From a virus: a stretch of 46,266 nucleotides of DNA. The notes beneath the pieces were generated by a model that had not been told where the DNA came from, made no database searches, and worked only from the letters and a program-made list of their open reading frames with translations. Position 1 is the stretch's first letter. The number at the start of each line of letters is the position of its first letter. Shown here piece after piece: positions 33,801 to 43,172 of the stretch. Location: positions 1 to 46,266 of IMG/VR virus record IMGVR_UViG_3300033145_003126; one strand, given 5' to 3'. Made by a program: the position numbers and the translations under genes.

Positions 33801-36610
33801 ATATTAAGACTGGATATACATTCAAGCAGGTATATGGGCATCTGGATAAGATAGCAGAGAAATGTGCCACCATGGCTGACTATGGTGGCATTGCTGATCT
33901 TGGGAATACTTTTGCTCATATCCCTTGGCAGAAAGCTTGTAAAAAAGTAGGAATAAAACCAATATATGGGGTACAGCTTCCAGTAACTGAAGACTTGCAG
34001 AAAGGGGTTAGAAGGTATCCATTCAACTGGATGACTTTAATTGCTAAAAATACTGAAGGATTACAAGAACTATATCAATTGGTGGATTCATCTTTTCAGC
34101 AATTTTATTATAGACAAAGAATAACCTATGAGCAGATAAATAAGACCACTGAGAATCTCTTTATTTTAAGTGGCATAGCTCCTAACCAAGACTTAATTAA
34201 AAGGCTTGTATACAAGGAATTAAGCCCCTGTACACCTATAAATAAAAGGTTCCTGGCAGATCAAAGGGGCTTTACTATTGCTTGTATAGATAATTTCTAT
34301 CCAGATGCTTCTGATGAAATTATTTATGAGCCTTTTGCTGATGAGAGATTAAGGGAAACTAAAACCAGCCCTTTGCATATCCTATCTGAAATGGAATGGA
34401 TTGACATCTATCCAAATAATCCAGGGGCAATATCCAATTTAAAACAGATGGCATCCCAATGCAATGTAGAACTCCCCAAAGCCCCTATGGTAAAATATAT
34501 TGGAGATGATAATATTGAAGAGTGGTGCCGAAAAGGAGCCATAGAAAAAGGCTTCACAGGCAAGCAGGAATATATTGATAGATATGTCAGAGAAATGAAG
34601 CTGATACATGAAAAAGATTATGTGGATTATTTCTTGGTGGTGGCTGATGCAATCCGATATGCTAAAACTAAAATGGCTGTAGGCCCAGCCAGAGGGTCAT
34701 CTGCTGGAAGCCTTGTCTGTTATCTAATGGGGATAACAGAAATTGATCCACTGGTATATGACTTATATTTTGAAAGATTCATTGATGTGAATCGTTTTGA
34801 CCTTCCTGACATAGATGTAGACTTTCAAGATGATAAGCGGCATCTGGTTATTAAATATTTGGAGAGGAAATATGGAAAAGATAATGTTGCTCAAATAGGC
34901 AATATAAATCGAATGAAGCCCAAATCTGCCATCACTCGTTTTGCCCAATCCCTTGGTGTCCCAGTAGATGATGTGGTGGAGTTGAAAGATGCTATCATGG
35001 AAAGATCAGGGGGAGATGCCAGAGCAAATTCCTGTATGGAAGATACTTTTATTGATACTGATGTTGGTAAAAAGTTTATTGAAAATTATCCAGCCATGGA
35101 AGTAGTAAAACACATTGAGGCACATCCATCCCATACAGGAGTGCATGCTGGTGGCATCCTGGTTTGCAATAGACCTATTACTGATTATTGTGGGGTGAAT
35201 AGTAGAGATAAAAAAAGAATTGGGATGCTGGATAAGAAGGATGCAGAGGCAGTTAATCTCTTGAAAATAGATGCATTAGGACTGAGAACACTATCTATTA
35301 TAGCAGGAGTCTGTGACCAGATTGGCAAACCTTATTCCTGGATGTATGAAATCCCAGTAGATGATGATCTGGCTTATAAAGTCTTCAATGATCACCGGTT
35401 CAATGGGATATTTCAGTTTGAAGGGGCAGCAGTACAAGGCTTGGCCAAACAGATGCCTATAAATAATATGGAAGATGTATCAGCACTTGGAGCTTTGGGT
35501 AGACCAGGCCCGCTGATGTCTGGTGGGGCCAATGATTTCATTTCTGGTAGAACTGGCAGAAAAGAAATTGAATATTTGAGTAACCATCCAGCAGTAGTGG
35601 ATGCTACAAAAGATACTTATGGGATTGTTATTTATCAAGAACAGATGCTGGCTATATGCAGGAATTATGGGAAGCTCTCTTGGGCTGATACCAGTGATCT
35701 AAGAAGAGCAGCATCCAAAAGTCTTGGGGAAGAGTTCTTTGATACATTTAAAGCAAATTTTATTGAGGGGGCACAAGACACTGGAGATGATGATGAGACC
35801 ATAGGCAAGGTGTGGAAAGCTATGCACACCTTTGGCTCCTGGGCTTTCAACAAATCTCATGCTGTATCATATGGGCTTATATCTTATATTTGTGCATATC
35901 TGAAAGCTCATCATCCTCTTGAATTTGTAGTGGCTTGCTTGAATCATGCCAATAGTGATAGATCAGCTCTAAAGATATTAAGAGACTCAGTTGAGCATGA
36001 TAATGTAAAACACGAGTATTTCAATGCTGAGAAGTCCATAGAGCAATGGAGTGTGCAGGATGGGATACTATATGGTGGGATGAGAACTCTGGCTGGTATG
36101 GGGCCAGTCCTGGCTGCTAAGGCAGTGAAGTTAAGGACTGCCGGGGGTGCCTACCCCACCGGTATGAAAAATAAGATCAAAAAAGCAATAAGCCCATTCA
36201 AATACCTATACCCTGCCAAAGAGTTATATGGGGATTATTATGATGATCCAAAATCTCATAATCTAAGTGGGAAAGTGAGTTTGATTTCTGAGGCAGATCA
36301 TGATGGAACTTTTACTATAATTGGCTGCTTGATTAAAAAGAATTTGAGAGATGCTAATGAGGCTTGTTTTGTTAGCAAAAGGAAGGGCAAATTTTTAAAA
36401 GGAAATACTGCTTGGCTTAATATTATTATTGAAGATGATACTGGCTCCATTATGTGCAAGATAAAAGTCCAGGATTATGAAAGGCTTGGCAGGGCAATAT
36501 CTGAAACTGGCAAAGAAGAGAAGGATTGGTACATGGTCCATGGCCAGAAGATAAATGGCTGGAGTTTAATTTTTGTCCAGAATATTAAAAAAATAACAAG
36601 GAGTCTATGA
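33791..36610 (+). CDS. dnaE: DNA polymerase III alpha subunit (DnaE-type replicative polymerase)
   Basis: A 939-aa ORF carrying ARGSSAGSLVCYLMGITEIDP, LPDIDVDF, LKIDALGLRTL and FNKSHAVSYG. Confidence 0.9.
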   Translation: MWLNIKTGYTFKQVYGHLDKIAEKCATMADYGGIADLGNTFAHIPWQKACKKVGIKPIYGVQLPVTEDLQKGVRRYPFNWMTLIAKNTEGLQELYQLVDSSFQQFYYRQRITYEQINKTTENLFILSGIAPNQDLIKRLVYKELSPCTPINKRFLADQRGFTIACIDNFYPDASDEIIYEPFADERLRETKTSPLHILSEMEWIDIYPNNPGAISNLKQMASQCNVELPKAPMVKYIGDDNIEEWCRKGAIEKGFTGKQEYIDRYVREMKLIHEKDYVDYFLVVADAIRYAKTKMAVGPARGSSAGSLVCYLMGITEIDPLVYDLYFERFIDVNRFDLPDIDVDFQDDKRHLVIKYLERKYGKDNVAQIGNINRMKPKSAITRFAQSLGVPVDDVVELKDAIMERSGGDARANSCMEDTFIDTDVGKKFIENYPAMEVVKHIEAHPSHTGVHAGGILVCNRPITDYCGVNSRDKKRIGMLDKKDAEAVNLLKIDALGLRTLSIIAGVCDQIGKPYSWMYEIPVDDDLAYKVFNDHRFNGIFQFEGAAVQGLAKQMPINNMEDVSALGALGRPGPLMSGGANDFISGRTGRKEIEYLSNHPAVVDATKDTYGIVIYQEQMLAICRNYGKLSWADTSDLRRAASKSLGEEFFDTFKANFIEGAQDTGDDDETIGKVWKAMHTFGSWAFNKSHAVSYGLISYICAYLKAHHPLEFVVACLNHANSDRSALKILRDSVEHDNVKHEYFNAEKSIEQWSVQDGILYGGMRTLAGMGPVLAAKAVKLRTAGGAYPTGMKNKIKKAISPFKYLYPAKELYGDYYDDPKSHNLSGKVSLISEADHDGTFTIIGCLIKKNLRDANEACFVSKRKGKFLKGNTAWLNIIIEDDTGSIMCKIKVQDYERLGRAISETGKEEKDWYMVHGQKINGWSLIFVQNIKKITRSL

Positions 36611-37878
36611 TGTTAAATAAAATAAAAGAAATGCAAAATGCTATTGGAGCTGATAAAATTGAAGTGATAAAGAAATATCCTGAATTAAAAAAAGTACTTT
36701 TATATGCTTATGATCCTTTTAAAAAGTACTACATGGCAGCCCCAATAGTCAGGACAACTGGATTCTGCAATTTAGGATTGGCAACAGAATCACTTCTTGA
36801 TGATTTATCTTCAAGAAAATTATCTGGCCAATTGGCTTATGAAGCAGTTTGTGATCATATTGCCTCTTTGAATCCCAAAGCTGCAGAAGTCTTCAGCAGG
36901 ATTATAAATAAGGATTTAAGGGCAGGCATTCATGTTAAGTCTATAAACAAAGCCTTCCCAGGACTCATCCCGCTGACTTGGGATGGGTCAGAGAAGCCTT
37001 CTGTGATGCTGCTGAAGAATTTTGATCCAAGCAGAATAAAATATCCTTGCTTGGCTGCTATTAAAAAGGATGGAGTGAGAGGGCTGTATGGGGGAGAGAT
37101 GGTGTCAAGGCAAGGCCATAAACTTATAGGGCATGACCATATTGAGGAAGAGCTTGAGCAATATCCCCAGCAATTTGATGGAGAGATTTGTGTGCCTGGA
37201 GAGATATTTGATGTGGCTTCTGGAATGATAAGGGATAAAAATCCAACTCCTGAATCAGTATATTGGATATTTGATTGCCCTTCTCTTCCTGTGCCTAAAA
37301 AACAAAGATGGTGCTGGCTGAGAGTAAATTTAGAGCAATCAGCTAACATCAGACTAATTGAGCACTACAAGTTTGATACTCCTTATGCATTGATGAAGTT
37401 TTATGATTTTGCTTTAAGCCAAGGTGAAGAAGGAATTGTCGTATATGATCCTGAAGATTTATATGAAGATAAAAAAAGCCATAGCTGGATGAGGCTTGTT
37501 CCAGTTAAATCTGCTGACTGTGAAGTAATAGGATTCTATGAAGGAAAAGGGAAACATGTTAATAGTCTGGGAGGCATTGAGGTCAACTATAAAGGCCATG
37601 TAGTAAGGGTTGGAACAGGTTTTTCAGAAAAAATAAAGAAAAGCGAATTAAAACAGATAGTTAAAGAATCTGATAAAAAGCTCCTTACATTCGATAAAAT
37701 AGAACTCGGTAAAGGTAGTATAGGAGAAGTTTCTCCTATACTGCAAAAAATCAGGAAGTTCATATGGAATAACCAGGAGCACTTCCTGGGAGCCATAGCC
37801 AAGTGTGAATTTAAAGAAGAGACAAAGGCAGGATCAATGAGGCAACCAAGATTCAAAACATGGAGGTGGGACAAATGA
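36607..37878 (+). CDS. lig: ATP-dependent DNA ligase
   Basis: Motif I AAIKKDGVRG (KxDG), plus FDGEICV, EGIVVYD and WMRLVPVK. ATGA overlap with the polymerase stop. Confidence 0.85.
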   Translation: MMLNKIKEMQNAIGADKIEVIKKYPELKKVLLYAYDPFKKYYMAAPIVRTTGFCNLGLATESLLDDLSSRKLSGQLAYEAVCDHIASLNPKAAEVFSRIINKDLRAGIHVKSINKAFPGLIPLTWDGSEKPSVMLLKNFDPSRIKYPCLAAIKKDGVRGLYGGEMVSRQGHKLIGHDHIEEELEQYPQQFDGEICVPGEIFDVASGMIRDKNPTPESVYWIFDCPSLPVPKKQRWCWLRVNLEQSANIRLIEHYKFDTPYALMKFYDFALSQGEEGIVVYDPEDLYEDKKSHSWMRLVPVKSADCEVIGFYEGKGKHVNSLGGIEVNYKGHVVRVGTGFSEKIKKSELKQIVKESDKKLLTFDKIELGKGSIGEVSPILQKIRKFIWNNQEHFLGAIAKCEFKEETKAGSMRQPRFKTWRWDK

Positions 37879-38237
37879 AAACAGAAAGCCAAGAACAGAT
37901 TGAAGTAATTCAATGGTGTAAAAGAAATACTTTGGAACACCCAGAACTGGATATGATCTTTGCTATTCCCAATGGCGGGAAAAGACATATTGCTACTGCC
38001 AGCCGGATGAAACTTGAAGGAGTAAAGCCAGGAGTATCGGATTTATTTTTATCAGTAGCAAGACATGATTTGCATGGATTGTATATTGAAATGAAAAGAG
38101 AGAAGAGTGGAAAACTTTCAACAGCCCAGAAGGATTGGTTTAATAAAATTCAGAACCAAGGATATGCAGCAGTTCAAGCAAATGGTAAAGATCAGGCTAT
38201 TGCCTATATTAAAAGCTATTTAAACATTAAGCAATAA
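37875..38237 (+). CDS. VRR-NUC domain nuclease
   Basis: IPNGGKR...GVKPGVSDLFL...LYIEMKRE gives the D...ExK site. I placed the start at ATG 37875 (RBS GGAGGTGG, ATGA overlap) rather than 37860. Confidence 0.75.
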   Translation: MKTESQEQIEVIQWCKRNTLEHPELDMIFAIPNGGKRHIATASRMKLEGVKPGVSDLFLSVARHDLHGLYIEMKREKSGKLSTAQKDWFNKIQNQGYAAVQANGKDQAIAYIKSYLNIKQ

Positions 38238-38247
38238 GGAGAACAAA

Positions 38248-38562
38248 ATGGAACATACCTGTCAACCAGATAAATGTGCTTTATTTATTTTACTTGGAGG
38301 GGAGCCAAATCAGTGTCCCAATTATCAGGAGTCTTGGTGGAATGTTAAAGATTCCAAACCCATATTGATTAGGGATTGTGCTCCAAAAAGGACATTCTTA
38401 ATGATTCAAGATTTGAGCAACCGCTTGGTGGGAGTACAGAAAGCACAAGAGAAGCAGCGGAATGAAAATATATGGGTTCAAGTGGTGGCAGAGGTGCTGG
38501 GTAAAAATGCTGGTGTTGATCTTGAGGCCTTTGTAAAGGCCAGGCAGAAGCTTTTAACCTAA
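38248..38562 (+). CDS. Hypothetical Cys-containing protein, last plus-strand gene
   Basis: A 104-aa ORF with RBS AAGGAG. Confidence 0.6.
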   Translation: MEHTCQPDKCALFILLGGEPNQCPNYQESWWNVKDSKPILIRDCAPKRTFLMIQDLSNRLVGVQKAQEKQRNENIWVQVVAEVLGKNAGVDLEAFVKARQKLLT

Positions 38563-38572
38563 GCCTGACCCT

Positions 38573-38594
38573 TACTATTCAAAATTAATTTAAA
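38573..38594 (+). repeat. 22-bp element TACTATTCAAAATTAATTTAAA, copy 2
   Basis: Exact copy of 31022-31043. Its last 3 bases form the start of the terminator stem. Confidence 0.9.
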
Positions 38595-38620
38595 GCCCCT
38601 AAACAATCTATAGGGGCTTT
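38592..38620. terminator. Bidirectional hairpin between convergent arms
   Basis: AAAGCCCCTA (38592-38601) and TAGGGGCTTT (38611-38620) form a 10-bp stem with a 9-nt loop, A-run/T-run flanked. It lies between the stops at 38562 (+) and 38626 (-). Confidence 0.7.
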
Positions 38621-38625
38621 AAACC

Positions 38626-39342
38626 CTAATCTTTTGAACAGATAATTCCTACTTCTGCAGTTGGTCGATATGCTGACCCATGATTATGAGCAGTATCACT
38701 TCCAGTAGCCCCAGCAGTAAGAGTAGCAGTTGTAGAAGAGCCACCACCTGCCATGGTATTAGCACCACCTTCATTCCTCCAAACTTGAGTTCCATTTGTT
38801 AATGCATGAGTATGTGATGGCATTTCAGATTCTGTCAAGGCATGATCTGGTTGTGTCCAGGTTCCTGCCTGTGTCCCTCCAGTAGTATATGTTGAACCTC
38901 CTTTTACTGCCAGCAGGGAATCAGAAGGAGTGGAATCTATTGTCCAACCATCTGGAGCAGTATCTTGATAAAACCAAACCTTTGAAGTTGATTCTATTGC
39001 TGAAAATTTTTTCCAAGTTCCAGTTACATCACCAACAGGATCAACTATAGAAGAGCTTGGGCCATTATTAATTAAGCAGTGATATATTTCACCATCACTT
39101 CCAGCAGCATAGGAATCATCTGCCAGATAATCAGTTAGAGCATCATACCCTAATACTCCTTTTATATTTATTTCATTTATCCATTTATAGACATTATTCT
39201 GCCAATGGTTAAATGTCTGGAATGGTGGCTTTTCAGGGATGCCACCTGGTGCTATCCAGCCTTGCTGCTGATGAGTAGCATCTGGGACTGTACTATTGAC
39301 TTCAGTTGTATCCCAGAAAGGAAGGATGATTGGTTTTGCCAT
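38626..39342 (-). CDS. Tail fibre protein with tail-collar-like C-terminal region
   Basis: A 238-aa ORF. The N-terminal IPEKPPFQTFNHWQNNVYKWINEI is a common fibre N-terminal pattern. LTESEMPSHTHAL and DTAHNHG recall collar-type fibre tips. Confidence 0.6.
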   Translation of the reverse strand: MAKPIILPFWDTTEVNSTVPDATHQQQGWIAPGGIPEKPPFQTFNHWQNNVYKWINEINIKGVLGYDALTDYLADDSYAAGSDGEIYHCLINNGPSSSIVDPVGDVTGTWKKFSAIESTSKVWFYQDTAPDGWTIDSTPSDSLLAVKGGSTYTTGGTQAGTWTQPDHALTESEMPSHTHALTNGTQVWRNEGGANTMAGGGSSTTATLTAGATGSDTAHNHGSAYRPTAEVGIICSKD

Positions 39343-39357
39343 TTCTTTTCTCCTTTG

Positions 39358-40128
39358 TTAAATTATCTGTGCAAAATTGCCACCTAAAGTGGTATCATTT
39401 AAATCTCCAAAGCCAAATGCTTCACCATCATCTTCAAAACCAAATGGAATATTTTCATCATAAGAGTGATACACTACATGATCAATTCCAATTAAAACAG
39501 GGAAGCCAGAAAGCAAACCAGCTTCAAAAGAAGTCAAAGCCCTGCCTATATCATATCTTGGAATCAGGAAATCATTTGGGAAATATCGTACCCTGATGCC
39601 TCCAAAAGTAAAAGAGATCAGCCTCAGGGTATCATCTACAGTCATGGCAGTTTGGTTCTTCATGATTTTGGCCCGAATTAATAAGTGATATAAATCATCT
39701 CCAATAAGTGATTCTGTAGCACCTTCTCCTAAAAAATTTCCCCCAATATCAGAGTCATTTATATCTCCAAAGCCAAGGGCAGTAGGATCATCTATGAAGC
39801 CAAAAATGCCTGCTGCTGCTGTGGCAACAGTTGGTCGTGACAGACCAACAATCTCTCCAATTCCATCTAATTGGACTCCCACTGCAGTATTCAAATATCT
39901 TTCATTCAACAATTGCAAATCTGAAGTTTTTAAATCCTGATATTGCTGAAGAAAAGATTCAATGAACCCTCTAAATTTTTCACTGGCTTCAAATTGATAT
40001 GCAAGTCTTGATAGACCTTTTGTAATTACTTCAGCTTCCTCAGGCACTGGAGATTCACGATCAATCCAAGATTGACTAAACCTATTAAACCAATTCTGAA
40101 AATTTCTATTAATCCATATTTGTGGCAT
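39358..40128 (-). CDS. Baseplate / fibre-attachment protein (DUF2612-like pattern)
   Basis: A 256-aa ORF. ..FRGFIESFLQQYQDL...VGVQLDGIGEIVGLSRP.. fits DUF2612. Confidence 0.55.
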   Translation of the reverse strand: MPQIWINRNFQNWFNRFSQSWIDRESPVPEEAEVITKGLSRLAYQFEASEKFRGFIESFLQQYQDLKTSDLQLLNERYLNTAVGVQLDGIGEIVGLSRPTVATAAAGIFGFIDDPTALGFGDINDSDIGGNFLGEGATESLIGDDLYHLLIRAKIMKNQTAMTVDDTLRLISFTFGGIRVRYFPNDFLIPRYDIGRALTSFEAGLLSGFPVLIGIDHVVYHSYDENIPFGFEDDGEAFGFGDLNDTTLGGNFAQII

Positions 40129-40136
40129 TTTAATCC

Positions 40137-40709
40137 TTATGTGTTTGCTTGTGTGATATAAGCATCTTTGACAGTATCTGTATGAATCCTAACTGCCAGT
40201 GCTTTTGAAACCACATCATTATCTTTAGGATCATCTCCCGGCATAATCCAACTGCGGTGATATTTTTTAGATACCTGCTCGCCATCATCAAAAAGTCGTG
40301 TTATTCTGCGTACTGCAATCTTCCCATCAACGTGAATTACTCGATCATAGGTAACTATTTCCTCAAGTCCTATGCCTGTAATGTCTTGCATTTCTTCTGC
40401 AAAGTCGGCTTTTACTTGTTCGTCAGTAATGACCGAGGCAAGTATTTTTGTTTTATCATCCCATCCCGCCAGGTTTAATCCGCCAATGTCTTCTACCGGT
40501 GCAGGTTCCTCACCATCTTTAAGAATGACAGGAGGATTGATCTTCCCATCAATCGACACCTGTTCAGGTTTTACAGGCGCAGGTGTCATTGGGTCAGAGT
40601 ACTTTGTGTCAGTTACTTTTCCATCATCATCGACATATTCTGTAACTTTGCGGACCTGAATTGTGTCGACTTCTGTTACGCTGTGATGTAATCTTTCTTG
40701 TTTTATCAT
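40137..40709 (-). CDS. Hypothetical protein with an internal two-fold repeat, inside the CpG-normal island (fibre partner/chaperone candidate)
   Basis: A 190-aa ORF. TIQVRKVTEYVDDDGKVTDTKYSDPMTP and KIAVRRITRLFDDGEQVSKKYHRSWIMP share the pattern I.VR..T....DDG..V..KY.....P. Confidence 0.55.
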   Translation of the reverse strand: MIKQERLHHSVTEVDTIQVRKVTEYVDDDGKVTDTKYSDPMTPAPVKPEQVSIDGKINPPVILKDGEEPAPVEDIGGLNLAGWDDKTKILASVITDEQVKADFAEEMQDITGIGLEEIVTYDRVIHVDGKIAVRRITRLFDDGEQVSKKYHRSWIMPGDDPKDNDVVSKALAVRIHTDTVKDAYITQANT

Positions 40710-40721
40710 GTTTTATCCTCC

Positions 40722-41648
40722 TTAATCTGAGAAATATGTAACCCCGCCTTTAATAACTGAACTATCTGTTAACATAGCGGCAGCCGTTATGTTTTTGTCA
40801 AGAGCATTTTGGTGTAAAGTGGAAATACTACTGGTGTTCGGAGCCACGTATAGTTGACAGCTATAAAAATTTCTGAGTGAGTCTGTGAGAGCGGAAATTG
40901 ACCCATACCCTCCGACCGCGTCGTCGTTAGATGTAAATGGCAGTCCATTAATGGCCGCCCCCCCTGTCCCCATGATATTGATAACGAAGTTAAAAGTCAC
41001 CGTTATTTTGTTTCCGATTTTAGTGTAAAATCCTAACTGAGTGGTATAAGTGGCGGTCCCTCCTGCTATTGGTGTCCAAGTTCCTTCCTCATAATCATCC
41101 AAAGTATTCGGATCACTTGAAGGAATTGCAGTTGCAGGGAAAGCAATAGGTCCACCTGCAGCTATATATCTATTATCATTGTAATCTCTATCCCCCACAT
41201 GAGTACCTAAAGTTGGGACAAGAGGGTTGATGAGAGCCTTTCCATTAACATCTGCAACTCCCCCGAAAACTGTGCCAACTCCATTAGGATCAATTCCTAC
41301 TTTATCAGCAGCTGTTCCTTTGATAAGGCTTATTATGCTCACTCCTGCTGAGTTTAAAGATTTGACTGGAATATTATTTGGAACCTGTAGGGTTGAAGAA
41401 TATAACCCTAACAGGTTCCATGCACCAGTACTTGTAACATTATCATTGGGAATAATAACCAGCAACCCATCTTCTGGATTTGTAGTATTATTATTGGTTG
41501 GATTATATTTATAAAAAAGAAAATTAGAACCAGAATTGCCAAATGCTTTTGATATGCTTGTTAACCCAGAATAAGGCACTCCATCAAGGGCTGCATTTGT
41601 TGGTTCTAAACCTGATCCAGTTAATTCCTCAAATGGATATTGACTCAT
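40722..41648 (-). CDS. Tail fibre / receptor-binding protein (mosaic)
   Basis: A 308-aa ORF. The linker SSDPNTLDDYEEGTWTP is followed by a beta-rich tip (..YTKIGNKITVTFNF...INGLPFTS..). The DNA composition changes at the linker. Confidence 0.65.
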   Translation of the reverse strand: MSQYPFEELTGSGLEPTNAALDGVPYSGLTSISKAFGNSGSNFLFYKYNPTNNNTTNPEDGLLVIIPNDNVTSTGAWNLLGLYSSTLQVPNNIPVKSLNSAGVSIISLIKGTAADKVGIDPNGVGTVFGGVADVNGKALINPLVPTLGTHVGDRDYNDNRYIAAGGPIAFPATAIPSSDPNTLDDYEEGTWTPIAGGTATYTTQLGFYTKIGNKITVTFNFVINIMGTGGAAINGLPFTSNDDAVGGYGSISALTDSLRNFYSCQLYVAPNTSSISTLHQNALDKNITAAAMLTDSSVIKGGVTYFSD

Positions 41649-41661
41649 TTAATTTCTCCTT

Positions 41662-42816
41662 TTAAATAATATTAACTTCCACTCTTGTTATATCATATCT
41701 TGATACTTCATCCAAGTCTATGGGAAGATTAGCTGTTGTGGCAGGGGAGCCAGATAACCCCATAAATAAGGCAATAGTAAGGACACCAGCAGTCTCATTA
41801 ATGGGAGTATAAAATTCTGACATTATCACATCATCTGATATTTTAAAATTATTCACCCCATATAAAGCAACTGCAGCTTTTATATCATCTTCTCCTGTGC
41901 TTGGGAATATATCAGTATCAATAGTGATGTCTATTTTAAAATAAATATCTACATCACCAGGCCGAATAAACTTAACATCTTGAGGGAAGCCTTGATCATC
42001 TGTAATTACTACAGTGGTGGTTCCATAGGATAAAATGCCCTGTGGGGTATTGTCCCAAATAATATCAGCAATATCTGCATTTATCCCTCCAAGAATAGAG
42101 GTAGCAAATTGGTGTGCAGGAATACCATCCACTACAGCATCAGTCCCATTGCTTATTACTACAGCATCTTCAATATCCTCAAGATTGAGAAGCTGTCCAA
42201 AAAGAGAGTCAACAAGATTCTGGCCCAATGCCTGGGTGGATAATTCTCTTCTAATTCTTAATTCTGCATCAGTCTCTTCATCAGACCCAACAATAGCAGC
42301 AGTAGAATTGGTAACAGAAGTCCAGCCAAAAATAGGAGTTTCTATCACAATTAATGTCCCAGGTGCTGCTTCCATGGCTCCATCTTCTTGAGCTTCCATA
42401 GCAACAGTTATATAGCCAATTGCAGGAATGATTACTTCTACCAGGGTAACAAAAATAATTCCTGTGCTTGATACACTTGCCAAGCTCCCAATTGGGATAA
42501 CTGTTCCTGTTACTCCACTGATAGTGCCTGTAATGGTAGATTTAGTGGCTGCTTGCCTTTCTATCCCATTATACATTACCACATTAGATAACTGATTGCC
42601 CTGTGCTGTAGATGGATATTGAGAGTTATAAGTGTTCTCCTGGCTTTCCCATTGATCTGATAGGGATTCTGATATGATCCCAACAAATTGACCAAAGCCA
42701 CTTTGAGGAGTTAAATCAATATTATCTCCAAAGACCAGCTTCAAAGCATCTTCTATTTCTGTTTTTATTTCAGCCAATCTCTTTCTTTCAAATCCTGAAG
42801 CACTCAACCCACTCAT
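41662..42816 (-). CDS. Baseplate wedge protein, Baseplate_J (T4 gp6 / Mu gp47 / XkdT) family
   Basis: A 384-aa ORF. FERKRLAEIKTEIEDALKLVFGDNIDLTPQSGFGQFVGIISE is the typical J-family opening. Confidence 0.75.
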   Translation of the reverse strand: MSGLSASGFERKRLAEIKTEIEDALKLVFGDNIDLTPQSGFGQFVGIISESLSDQWESQENTYNSQYPSTAQGNQLSNVVMYNGIERQAATKSTITGTISGVTGTVIPIGSLASVSSTGIIFVTLVEVIIPAIGYITVAMEAQEDGAMEAAPGTLIVIETPIFGWTSVTNSTAAIVGSDEETDAELRIRRELSTQALGQNLVDSLFGQLLNLEDIEDAVVISNGTDAVVDGIPAHQFATSILGGINADIADIIWDNTPQGILSYGTTTVVITDDQGFPQDVKFIRPGDVDIYFKIDITIDTDIFPSTGEDDIKAAVALYGVNNFKISDDVIMSEFYTPINETAGVLTIALFMGLSGSPATTANLPIDLDEVSRYDITRVEVNII

Positions 42817-43172
42817 ATGGTCACCTCTATTGATCCAGTTGAAATATTATCATTGACTGAAAAGTCAACTCTCAAACCCTTCCCATCAGGATTAGGGGTC
42901 AGATTTAATTCAGTTATATTCTCCACCCCTTCTGTTTCTTTTATTTCCTTCCTAAATATCTCATATACATCTTCAAGACTGCTGCCTTGCTCCAGAATAA
43001 ATTGAGTATAAGGAAGCCCAGCAGTATTATCCAGGAACCATTCTTCAAGTAAAAATTGAAGCCTGATTATAAGACGCTGTTTCACAATATCTATTTCTTC
43101 AGCAAAATAAATATCTGCTTCAGATAAAGTCATATCATGTGTGCTATCCAAACCTATATCATATATTGTCAT
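42813..43172 (-). CDS. Small baseplate wedge protein (gp25/W or XkdS-like)
   Basis: A 119-aa ORF. DIVKQRLIIRLQFLLEEWFLDNTAGLPY fits the pattern of small wedge proteins upstream of J. Confidence 0.55.
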   Translation of the reverse strand: MTIYDIGLDSTHDMTLSEADIYFAEEIDIVKQRLIIRLQFLLEEWFLDNTAGLPYTQFILEQGSSLEDVYEIFRKEIKETEGVENITELNLTPNPDGKGLRVDFSVNDNISTGSIEVTI

